A stretch of DNA of 37,876 nucleotides, taken from positions 1-37,876 of the IMG/VR virus record IMGVR_UViG_3300020044_006193. One strand, given 5' to 3'. Of this stretch, positions 17,100 to 24,946 are shown piece by piece. A program made the position numbers and the translations under genes. The notes under the pieces are model-generated. The model saw only the letters and a list, made by a program, of their open reading frames with translations, was not told the origin of the DNA and searched no databases. This DNA comes from a virus. Taxonomy: Duplodnaviria; Caudoviricetes. Position 1 is the stretch's first letter. The number at the start of each line of letters is the position of its first letter.

Positions 17100-17263
17100 T
17101 TCGCGTCTTTCCGGTCGTCTTGCACTTCCGCCCGCAGCACAGTGACGTCTCTCGGAGCATGCACACCAACTCGAACACGCTCGCCTTTTATCTCCATGAT
17201 CGTGATGACGATTCCACCATCGATCACGATCGATTCGCCAACCTTACGACCCAGAACAAGCAT
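17096..17263 (-). CDS. csrA: CsrA/RsmA carbon storage regulator
   Basis: MLVLGRKVGESIVI...VRVGVHAPRDVTVLRAEV; true start at 17263. Confidence 0.93.
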   Translation of the reverse strand: MLVLGRKVGESIVIDGGIVITIMEIKGERVRVGVHAPRDVTVLRAEVQDDRKDAK

Positions 17264-17516
17264 TGCAGTTCCCTTCGCTAATGACTTTGAGAAATCTGTG
17301 AGTAGCAGACATACTGACAGCGATCTGACCGCGTTTTCGCAGCACTGAAACGGCCACATTTGTGACTTCAGTTCCGTCCTCAAAACGCCACATGTCCGTT
17401 TTGCAGAAGTACGGCGCAAAGAATCTGCCACTGTTTCGCAGTCGCTGTTTGCAGACGTGGCCAGCTCGTAGCTTTCGCAGAACGGCATCTGCTCCGAGTC
17501 CTTTCACTTTTGACAC
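17244..17516 (-). CDS. Hypothetical basic protein
   Basis: 90-aa ORF with a purine-rich RBS (GAAAGGAAG), overlapping the csrA start. Confidence 0.6.
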   Translation of the reverse strand: MSKVKGLGADAVLRKLRAGHVCKQRLRNSGRFFAPYFCKTDMWRFEDGTEVTNVAVSVLRKRGQIAVSMSATHRFLKVISEGNCNACSGS

Positions 17517-17599
17517 AAGACTTCCTTTCTCTTTTTTAAGTTGTTCGAGTCGTGGCCGCCTTCCAATGGCATTTCAGAGCGTGTCACGGCTCACCACGA

Positions 17600-17642
17600 T
17601 TCCGCTTCCGGGAGTCGAACCCGGCGCAGACCGTCAGCGGAA
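17600..17642 (-). ncRNA. tRNA minihelix-like element (acceptor-like stem plus T-arm only)
   Basis: TTCCGCT-N11-CCGGG-TTCGACT-CCCGG-A-AGCGGAA. Confidence 0.45.
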
Positions 17643-17720
17643 AAAACACTGGAAGCGGTCAATCAGAATCATTGATCCTGAGTCCCAAAACGCAGACCGC
17701 CTCCAGTGCGGAGCATGCGT

Positions 17721-17816
17721 TTATTCGCGGTCATTTCGCCGCAAGTTTTCGTCAGTAATTACCCAGCAGACGATGCCGCCGAGCACAGCGAAAAATATGG
17801 CTATGAATTCATTCAT
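17721..17816 (-). CDS. Small membrane peptide
   Basis: MNEFIAIFFAVLGGIVCWVI... preceded by GGAG. Confidence 0.45.
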   Translation of the reverse strand: MNEFIAIFFAVLGGIVCWVITDENLRRNDRE

Positions 17817-17935
17817 GGGGCACACTCCGTTATGAGCGTTGAGAAAACGCAGACCCGGACGCAGCAGTCGGACAGAGCCACTGGCCGGGATCTGCGAAGT
17901 GATGCACCGAAAACAATCCGGTGCATCGTGCTGTT

Positions 17936-18055
17936 TCAATTGCGGTGATACGCACCACAAGAACAAATGGACGCAGTACCAGCAGACTTAGGGTTCACAG
18001 TGCCACACGCAGGGCACTTCCAGGAGTCGCGCAGGCGACGAAGAAAAGCAAACAT
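17936..18055 (-). CDS. Small Zn-ribbon-like protein
   Basis: MFAFLRRLRDSWKCPACGTVN...CSCG, preceded by GGAGG. Confidence 0.55.
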   Translation of the reverse strand: MFAFLRRLRDSWKCPACGTVNPKSAGTASICSCGAYHRN

Positions 18056-18150
18056 ACACAACCTCCGACCAGCTTCAGCTGGACAAGTTGCGCCGCTGCA
18101 GCCGATTGCTCCGGCTGATGTGATCGCAAGGACCACAAGCGACAAGTCTC

Positions 18151-18190
18151 AAAACAAAAACCCGTTGAGCGTTTTGAAGCACTCAACGGG
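18151..18190 (-). terminator. Intrinsic terminator downstream of the XRE gene
   Basis: CCCGTTGAG...CTCAACGGG followed by TTTTTGTTTT on the minus strand. Confidence 0.7.
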
Positions 18191-18194
18191 CGAA

Positions 18195-18223
18195 AAGATA
18201 GCGTTCTAAATTTCGAACGTCAA
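18195..18223 (-). promoter_or_regulatory. Leftward promoter with an embedded palindromic operator
   Basis: TTGACG-17-TATCTT; CGTTC-N8-GAACG at 18202-18219. Confidence 0.7.
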
Positions 18224-18477
18224 TGTTGTGTCTGCAGATTTTTCGAAAAATCTGGAGTAATAATTTCAAAGGCATGCACGCCAAGAGCTTGCGCGATTTG
18301 TTCAACGCATGACAGACTCGGAGAATGATGGCCGTGAATCAGTCGACTCAAATAACTCCGGCGCATGCCGCATCGCTCAGCAAGATCCTGAATGGTCAGG
18401 TTTTCTGCTGCGAGCAAGGCTTTCACATTTGTAGAGAAGTCGTTCATAACGTTGGATTTTTGCATAGCTTTTACCAC
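18220..18477 (-). CDS. XRE-family HTH regulator (CI/Cro-like)
   Basis: LTIQDLAERCGMRRSYLSRLIHGHHSPSL...IAQALGV; start may be 18447. Confidence 0.9.
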   Translation of the reverse strand: MVKAMQKSNVMNDFSTNVKALLAAENLTIQDLAERCGMRRSYLSRLIHGHHSPSLSCVEQIAQALGVHAFEIITPDFSKNLQTQH

Positions 18478-18582
18478 ACGTCAACGTTCAACATATGAAA
18501 CGGGCATCGGTTGTTCAAAATCGCGAGACTTGTCGTTAAGCGACCCACTGCATTACTGACAGCAGCAACCGATGTCCGAGAC

Positions 18583-18636
18583 TGCGCACGATAGGATTTG
18601 AACCTACACGGGTGTTACCCCACTAGCTCCTGAAGC
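18583..18636 (-). other. 3' portion of tRNA-Leu(CAG): putative attP core
   Basis: GC-TTCAGGA-GCTAG, long variable arm, GTAGGTTCAAATCCTAT T-arm, CGTGCGCA; no 5' half upstream; next to the recombinase. Confidence 0.8.
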
Positions 18637-18775
18637 ACCTTAGAACTAGGGGTAGGGGTAGCCTCTATTCAAGGCGACTGCAGTCGAATTCCTGGCCGGT
18701 GTGATGTGTCGTTTTGCGATTCATCGGGCGAGGAACACACACTTGGACGGAGTCTTCACACCGGTGGAGACACAA

Positions 18776-19648
18776 ATGAAACTTTTCGCCTTTTCGCAGC
18801 AGTACGTTCAGTCGCGAGGACTACAGAAGACCCCGATCTATTCCGCCTCTCGCTTTGTGAAGCTCATCGCTGATATGGACGTCGGGCGGATCACAGAGAA
18901 ACATCTCAGTGAGTTTCGTACGAAAGCATTGGCCGCTGGCCTGAGCCCTCACACGGTGAAGGGATCACTGAAAGACCTGCGAACGCTGATCAGGTCAACC
19001 GGTCGGCAAATTAAGGTTGAGCGGGTGAAGGTCCCGCAGCCAGATCCGCACCCAGTGCCACACGCTCACATTGATCTGATTTGGCCGTGCTTGTCGTTGT
19101 GGGCTCAGCAGTGGCTGGTGTTTGCCTTATGGACTGCTGCCAGGCTGGATGATGTCATTAGACTGCAGCAACAGTTGACCGCAACAACGTCGACGCTGGC
19201 ACTGACGGCATCGAAGACAGGTCATCGCCACGAATGGCCAGTGCCGACATGGCTGCAAGGGTGGCTGAGTCCGCAGCGGTTACCCTATGGGAAAAGTTAC
19301 GACTGGTCTGGGCATTTGGTCCGTCAGGCATTGCACGCAGCGTCGAAATGTTGTGGTATTCCTGACGTACTTCCGAACCATGTGAGAGACAGAGCACTGA
19401 CGGAATGGTCACGAGCAGACCACACAGCGTGCGAGGTTTTGCACGGCCAATCGCTCGGGACACTGCGGCATTATCTGAGCCCACTGGGAATTCTGTCAGC
19501 GGCAGCTCCGCGAGTGAAACTGCCAGCGTGCTTCGGTGCGTCGACAGATTCGACGTCCAGATTGATCGACAGTTTCAATCGGCTCGATCCGAACGCGCAA
19601 AACCTTGTTGTCGACATGACGGAAAGATTTTCTAAAACACAACATTGA
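18776..19648 (+). CDS. int: Tyrosine recombinase/integrase-like protein (divergent)
   Basis: SAM-like N-domain (GLSPHTVKGSLKDLRTL), TAAR, SKTG, NHVR, LHGQS, RHY; GGAG RBS before ATG 18776. Confidence 0.78.
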   Translation: MKLFAFSQQYVQSRGLQKTPIYSASRFVKLIADMDVGRITEKHLSEFRTKALAAGLSPHTVKGSLKDLRTLIRSTGRQIKVERVKVPQPDPHPVPHAHIDLIWPCLSLWAQQWLVFALWTAARLDDVIRLQQQLTATTSTLALTASKTGHRHEWPVPTWLQGWLSPQRLPYGKSYDWSGHLVRQALHAASKCCGIPDVLPNHVRDRALTEWSRADHTACEVLHGQSLGTLRHYLSPLGILSAAAPRVKLPACFGASTDSTSRLIDSFNRLDPNAQNLVVDMTERFSKTQH

Positions 19649-19673
19649 CGTTCGATTTTTGGAACGTTACGAT
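19645..19673 (+). promoter_or_regulatory. Rightward promoter with an embedded palindromic operator
   Basis: TTGACG-17-TACGAT; CGTTC-N8-GAACG at 19649-19666. Confidence 0.72.
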
Positions 19674-19808
19674 TCTCCACGTCACACCACGTCCATTGAC
19701 GCTGAATATTGAAAACGCACTGTTCGCGGTTCCGGTTCAACGCTTTGTTCTGCCTCTCTTGTTCTGGCAAGTTTCTGAAAAATCTTTTCTGAAGCCGTAT
19801 TTGTTGTA

Positions 19809-19836
19809 TTGACAACAAATAGCAGGACGATAGAAT
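19809..19836 (+). promoter_or_regulatory. Near-consensus promoter overlapped by an inverted repeat
   Basis: TTGACA-16-TAGAAT; ATTTGTTG-N6-CAACAAAT spans the -35. Confidence 0.7.
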
Positions 19837-19881
19837 TGGTGTCAGTGGCGAACGCAACACCAAACACGGGAGAGACGAACG

Positions 19882-20091
19882 ATGAGCCGAACATTCACAG
19901 TAACCGTAAAAATTCCAAACCGCCCTTATTCAACAGAAACAATAACAGCATCACCATTGTGGTTTTCATGGGACGTTCGACAGAGATCAGAATACCTTGA
20001 TAGTTTGTTCGGCCGCAACTGCTGGTCATGCCTGAGCCTGATGGTTGGACTGTCAAACCGGGACTTACAAAAAGCATTGATCGGACGATAA
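19882..20091 (+). CDS. Hypothetical protein
   Basis: GGGAGAG RBS; follows the promoter and is followed by a terminator. Confidence 0.6.
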   Translation: MSRTFTVTVKIPNRPYSTETITASPLWFSWDVRQRSEYLDSLFGRNCWSCLSLMVGLSNRDLQKALIGR

Positions 20092-20102
20092 TCGAAACAA
20101 CT

Positions 20103-20131
20103 ACCGGGGCTCACGCGAGCCCCGGTTTTTT
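20103..20131 (+). terminator. Intrinsic terminator
   Basis: ACCGGGGCTC-ACGC-GAGCCCCGGT-TTTTT. Confidence 0.85.
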
Positions 20132-20145
20132 CCGGAGCTGATGAC

Positions 20146-20613
20146 ATGAAACACACACGCAAGTGCTGGGAATGCGGGGATGTCGCAGAACACACCGACA
20201 GTATTGCTCCAGCTGTGTGTTGTGTGAAATGCGGTTCGCAGGACACCAGAAAGATGAAGCATTCAATTCACTGTGCAGGATATCGAGGACCGGGGCAGGG
20301 GTTCGATATCGGAAGCTGTGATTGCAGTTATACATTTGGTACTCGCGACACTGAGCTGCGACAAGCCTATGGTGATACTAAAAAGGAACGTGATGCGTGT
20401 GCTGATGCAATGGAGCAGGAGCACGTTCGCTGCAATGCACTTGAGGCTGCGTTGCGTTTGATCGTGCACTTTGCGAATACGGATGTCGCTAAAAATGCGT
20501 TGAATCCACGAATGGCCTGCAGGCGTTGCGGGGCGGCTGCTGAGTGTGACGTAGCCTTCGATCGGTACAACATTGGGACTGAACCAAAAGTAGACTGTTT
20601 GGCAACCAAATGA
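20146..20613 (+). CDS. Cys-rich (Zn ribbon) hypothetical protein
   Basis: CWECG...CVKCGS, CRRCG; GGAG RBS. Confidence 0.65.
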   Translation: MKHTRKCWECGDVAEHTDSIAPAVCCVKCGSQDTRKMKHSIHCAGYRGPGQGFDIGSCDCSYTFGTRDTELRQAYGDTKKERDACADAMEQEHVRCNALEAALRLIVHFANTDVAKNALNPRMACRRCGAAAECDVAFDRYNIGTEPKVDCLATK

Positions 20614-20867
20614 AACAGCTCACAGAGACATTTCACACGATTGAAAGCCGGTACAAAGTGTCAGCCGCTGAGTGGTCGATTTGGGCGCGGCATCCTTCGT
20701 GCGTGTGCCGAGACGCTGAATTGCTGGCGTATCAGGGGCGGCTGATCGAATCGATTGAAGAAGCTCAGCGGGCGTACATCCGTGAGCGTGGAAATATGCA
20801 CGGGGTGGAGTTTCGGTGCGTCACAAACACGACGACCATCACAGTTTGCACAGGCACGATTGAGTAA
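20610..20867 (+). CDS. Hypothetical protein
   Basis: ATGA and TAATG coupling with its neighbours. Confidence 0.65.
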   Translation: MKQLTETFHTIESRYKVSAAEWSIWARHPSCVCRDAELLAYQGRLIESIEEAQRAYIRERGNMHGVEFRCVTNTTTITVCTGTIE

Positions 20868-21079
20868 TGAAAAAGAAACCACAGCGAGGCCGCCCCGCAA
20901 CGGAACGCGGAGCGTACAACCCACACCCGGCTCGTCAGTTCGGGCGGATCAGTGACGACGACTGGAACGAGCTGAAGGCCGCTGCGGATGCGGCTGGTCA
21001 GTCAATGGTGGAATGGTGCTTGCCGACGTTGTTGCGGAAGGCACGTCGAGAGTCGAAGGGCAGGAAGCCCGGAGCGTGA
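20867..21079 (+). CDS. Small DNA-binding protein (RGRP motif plus ribbon-helix-helix-like)
   Basis: KKKPQRGRPAT...RISDDDWNELKAAADAAGQSMVEW. Confidence 0.72.
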   Translation: MKKKPQRGRPATERGAYNPHPARQFGRISDDDWNELKAAADAAGQSMVEWCLPTLLRKARRESKGRKPGA

Positions 21080-21156
21080 GCAGTGAACGCGAGGCAGGAT
21101 GCCGGAATCAGTAGGCAGAACTTTGAATTATCCCCTCACATGATATCCCCCGCCGA

Positions 21157-21182
21157 CCCCGCAAAAACGCGGGGTTGTTATT
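21157..21182 (+). terminator. Terminator-like hairpin
   Basis: ACCCCGC-AAAAAC-GCGGGGT-TGTTATT. Confidence 0.5.
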
Positions 21183-21274
21183 CGCCCGAGCGAATATCAC
21201 TCGCAGAGTCAGGTACATGATAACGACGTGCGCGTGATACGGGCTGAATATCACTCGCGCAGGATAAACACAGC

Positions 21275-21302
21275 GAGCCGCTGCGATTGCTCGCGGCGGC
21301 TC
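21275..21302. terminator. Strong hairpin between convergent transcription units
   Basis: GAGCCGCTGCGA-TTGC-TCGCGGCGGCTC. Confidence 0.45.
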
Positions 21303-21333
21303 TCCCGGTGCTGTGGTGTCGGCCTGCATGCCT

Positions 21334-21912
21334 CTACGACGGTCGGTGCTTTCTTACGGTGGACACAGCTCTTTCGATCGTCCAACCATATTTGATTCGC
21401 TGAGCAATCGTAGTCCTTGAGACTCCGCATGCTTTAGCCCATTGTGTGATGTTCCGCGATACTCCGTTGATCTCTATAACTGTGCCAGTTTTCACCCGTG
21501 TAGGTGCTCGCGGAGTTTTTCTTTGAACACGTCGCGAAAGATCATCACGTGATGTCCATCCACTGTCCAAACGATTTGTCAGCGTTCTACGACTAACACC
21601 AAATTCCTCTGCCCATTCTGATAGATTTTTCGTGACTCCTTCAATCGTAATAGAGCGGCAGTTGCTTCGATTCCTATTCTGTTGAGTCTTCGTTTCCCAT
21701 CGACAATTTTCTTTGCAGTAACCTTTATTGTTATCGATTCGTCCGAGAGACATTCCTTCCGGCCTCGGTCCCATGTCACGCACAAAACACTCAAAAGAGA
21801 GCCATTCGCTACACACTGTCACACCTTTTGCCCCATATCTCTCATACGCCTGATCGGCATTGCTTAGGCATCGTTTTTTCATGCTTATCCATGTGCTGTA
21901 TTCTCGCCTCAC
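21334..21912 (-). CDS. Phage HNH-like endonuclease with two C-terminal DNA-binding repeats
   Basis: W.SMKKRC..Y.RYGAKG..VC.EW..F..F..DMG.RP...SLGRIDNNKGY.KENCRW; repeats ITIEGVTKNLSEWA / IEINGVSRNITQWA. Confidence 0.8.
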   Translation of the reverse strand: MRREYSTWISMKKRCLSNADQAYERYGAKGVTVCSEWLSFECFVRDMGPRPEGMSLGRIDNNKGYCKENCRWETKTQQNRNRSNCRSITIEGVTKNLSEWAEEFGVSRRTLTNRLDSGWTSRDDLSRRVQRKTPRAPTRVKTGTVIEINGVSRNITQWAKACGVSRTTIAQRIKYGWTIERAVSTVRKHRPS

Positions 21913-22022
21913 TATCGCTACTCCTGCCGATCGGGTAAAGATGTTTCGAAGGCTTTAATATACCAGCCAGATACACACGGTCCTAAAAGTTTTTATGAAA
22001 TACTAAGGGACGGTCGGTGCTT

Positions 22023-23897
22023 TCAGAGTGGTGCAATTGTGATTATCTTAGGGAAATTTATGAACACTGTGCCATCAGGATCAAATCCACCGGACCCCGG
22101 AACAGGTGGCGCAGCTAATCCACCACCAGGAAAATATAACGCAGGTGATACAGGAGTCCCGCTGCTCTGCACTCTCCACTGTAAGCTAAACTCTGCCTCA
22201 GTGACTTTATCCCACGCATCTGCCTTCAATTCGTATGGAAAATCAGTAGGCACACCTCCGGGTGTTTCAGAACGAATATTCTGATACGGATAATAAAACG
22301 TATCAGTGTTTTTTCTGTACACACAAACGCCGGCATATGCTGAGGTTGCGAGTCCCGGTTTCACAAATACGATTCTCGGCACCTCATGAGCGAATTGTAA
22401 CTGGACATAATCACCGCTCGCATTGTGTCGCAATAATTGGGTGCCGGATACATCACTTCGTTCATACTGCCACTCTGGAGCCTCGTCGTACTCAAACTCT
22501 AAATACAACGCATCCAGATAAACCTCAGAACTGCCGCTGGTTCCCGCGAAACTGATACCGAATCGCGGATTGCTGCTCATCGGTAAGCTATCGATGCCAG
22601 TCGATGGCGTCCTTTCCCATGTGTACCATGTAGGCGTTGTCGTCAATGGTAATGACACCCCGCTGATCGTTTGCTGGCTTCCATTTATCCGCGTGTAATA
22701 TCCTGTGATCCGTGAATCCGCATCAGCAACAGCACAATGCGCCAGAGCTTTGAGAGTCGCTTTAGTTATTGTCCCTGACCCGGTCGGAAGCAATGCCAAG
22801 TTGATTGTGCTTCCAGTATATCCCTGAGTTTGTGCTGCTGATCCTGTCTTAGTTGCATAGACACCATCGCCTGCGGAGGGTTCCGTTATTGCATCATCCA
22901 CATTCAGCCAGTTCGCAATCGCGGGGGAAAACACAGCGCTACCATCGTACCCACCGGGGCGGGATTGAAACACGCTCGAAACGACGGGATCACTTCGGCG
23001 TCCGATGACGACGGATGCTTCCCCGCCGATATCTCCACGATCAAAAGACAGTTCGTACTTTCTGTGTCCCATTTTATTAGGACCGACTGTGCATGCACTC
23101 AATCCGGTTCCGCCAAAGTCGGTAGCCGCATCATTAAACACAGTAGGAGCAAACCCAGTAAATAGCCCTTTTCCTACGAAGTTCGGATGTGTCGCAGAAT
23201 AAGCGTTCCAAAAACTATCCGTCACGGCCGGAATGTCGATAGATGCCGCAATTCTGGCAGTGATCCATAAATCTACTGTGATTTCCGTATCGGTCAGGTC
23301 TATAAGTTCTCCGAACTCGGCATTTAGATTACCTTCATTGTCAAAACATAACTGCGATGTTCCGTTAATCGCTATGCGCGTTAGTTGACTAGACAATGAT
23401 GTTACAGGCCTCGATGTTCCGTTGATTGTGACTCGCACATAGTCATACTGGCTTTTCGTGCTGCGTGTCGTATACGGTCCAATAACAGCGGCTTGCACGC
23501 CGCTGCGAATAGGACTCGTGAAGCTAAGTTGATTACTTGTGGCGTTTTGAAAATGACGATGTGATGATGCTGGAGGTCCAATTTCTCTGCGATGATCCAC
23601 ATGGTTTAACGTTGATGCTGGATTTATTGCACCGATTGTATATCTAAACGGCTTCAATTTCACATCATAGTGCCACACGCTTGCGGATGGGTGTGACGTT
23701 AAGTCTGTAGACTGCACAACGTGGCACCAGTATTCATCTGGGACAGACAATGATACCTCCTCTACATCCGCCCAGATCCATTCCCGATCGTATCCAGCGA
23801 TCGTTGTATCAGTATTCAGCGGCTCTCCATTCACGAGCGCACGCCGGATAACGACGCTGTATGGATCACCGCAACTACAGCACACCTTAAACGCCAT
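22023..23897 (-). CDS. Putative tail-tip/receptor-binding protein
   Basis: Last gene of the tail module; S/T/G-rich and beta-rich; likely start MAFKVCCSCG at 23897. Confidence 0.7.
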   Translation of the reverse strand: MAFKVCCSCGDPYSVVIRRALVNGEPLNTDTTIAGYDREWIWADVEEVSLSVPDEYWCHVVQSTDLTSHPSASVWHYDVKLKPFRYTIGAINPASTLNHVDHRREIGPPASSHRHFQNATSNQLSFTSPIRSGVQAAVIGPYTTRSTKSQYDYVRVTINGTSRPVTSLSSQLTRIAINGTSQLCFDNEGNLNAEFGELIDLTDTEITVDLWITARIAASIDIPAVTDSFWNAYSATHPNFVGKGLFTGFAPTVFNDAATDFGGTGLSACTVGPNKMGHRKYELSFDRGDIGGEASVVIGRRSDPVVSSVFQSRPGGYDGSAVFSPAIANWLNVDDAITEPSAGDGVYATKTGSAAQTQGYTGSTINLALLPTGSGTITKATLKALAHCAVADADSRITGYYTRINGSQQTISGVSLPLTTTPTWYTWERTPSTGIDSLPMSSNPRFGISFAGTSGSSEVYLDALYLEFEYDEAPEWQYERSDVSGTQLLRHNASGDYVQLQFAHEVPRIVFVKPGLATSAYAGVCVYRKNTDTFYYPYQNIRSETPGGVPTDFPYELKADAWDKVTEAEFSLQWRVQSSGTPVSPALYFPGGGLAAPPVPGSGGFDPDGTVFINFPKIITIAPL

Positions 23898-23902
23898 GTG
23901 AT

Positions 23903-24286
23903 TTACCTCGATGCCATCGGCCCGCAGTCGCCCATGAACCACCAGTGACCGTCGATCCATTCAGCTTTGCCGAACGTGTTGATTTCGTATTCGTCAGATT
24001 CGCTGTGGTTCCAGACGGTGATCTTTGGCACACTTGCATTTGCTTCTGTGTATTGTCCCGATGTGACCGAATAATCAAGCCGCGTTGCTGCACATGATGT
24101 AGCACCGGTACGCGAATGCGTAGCGACACCAAGTGCTGCATCCAGTATCACAGCAATTGGCGGTTGCGTACCAGTCGGTCGTGGCCCTTTGCCGGTGTCG
24201 CTATTTCCTTGCTGCGTCCGGCGTAGATAATCTTGCCAAATTAACCGCGCCTGTTCGCCCTGTATTACTGGTATTTCGTCGGCCAA
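23903..24286 (-). CDS. Putative tail-associated protein
   Basis: Position in the tail module; 127-aa ORF. Confidence 0.65.
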   Translation of the reverse strand: MADEIPVIQGEQARLIWQDYLRRTQQGNSDTGKGPRPTGTQPPIAVILDAALGVATHSRTGATSCAATRLDYSVTSGQYTEANASVPKITVWNHSESDEYEINTFGKAEWIDGHWWFMGDCGPMASR

Positions 24287-24291
24287 TGTTT

Positions 24292-24936
24292 TCAGCCTTT
24301 GATATCAAGTGCGAAATCAATATTGGCAATTGTTGGTGTTACTGCTGTGCCAGTCGCTGCGTCATTGCAAGCGATCGCAATACGCACGTCGAGAACGTCA
24401 CCTTTCACAATTGTCGTCGGCGTGATTGTAAACGACTTGTCAGCAAACGTCAGGCTGTTGATTGACTGTGCCGCAGTCGCGCACAAGTCCGCACTGATGC
24501 CACTGATTTTGTCGTGTTTGTAGCATTCCACGTCGACAGTGCACGAAGTGTCGGCAATGGTCGTTTTCATGCCAGCGGACAGCACCAGAGAAACCGTTTC
24601 GCCGTCGTCGTAGCATTCAGGCAGGACGAACGTAAATCGTGCGTATCGTGTTGTCGCTCCTGCTGCTTTCAGGTCACCAGCTTGCACCATTGGGTGAGCA
24701 GTGCCGAACGTCCCGCCGATCAATGCCAGATCGTCAGTCGCTGCTGTGCCCGGTAGATTGGTGTGGAATGCGTCCCAGACTCGCAACCCGGTTAACGCCA
24801 CGGGGCACCGCACGGCGGCATCCTGCACAAGAATCGTGTCGCGAGTTTGTGCGCTGATTGAATCGCTAGCAACGGTCAGTGTGCCTCTGACGTTAGCGTT
24901 TCCTGATACGGTCAGTGAATCGGTTGATAAAGCCAT
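24292..24936 (-). CDS. Putative virion/tail structural protein
   Basis: A/T-rich, beta-rich protein in the tail module. Confidence 0.7.
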   Translation of the reverse strand: MALSTDSLTVSGNANVRGTLTVASDSISAQTRDTILVQDAAVRCPVALTGLRVWDAFHTNLPGTAATDDLALIGGTFGTAHPMVQAGDLKAAGATTRYARFTFVLPECYDDGETVSLVLSAGMKTTIADTSCTVDVECYKHDKISGISADLCATAAQSINSLTFADKSFTITPTTIVKGDVLDVRIAIACNDAATGTAVTPTIANIDFALDIKG

Positions 24937-24946
24937 GCGTGAACCC

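Noticed and set aside
18583-18670. Complete tRNA-Leu gene
   Set aside because: No 5' acceptor strand or D-arm upstream; only the 3' part is present
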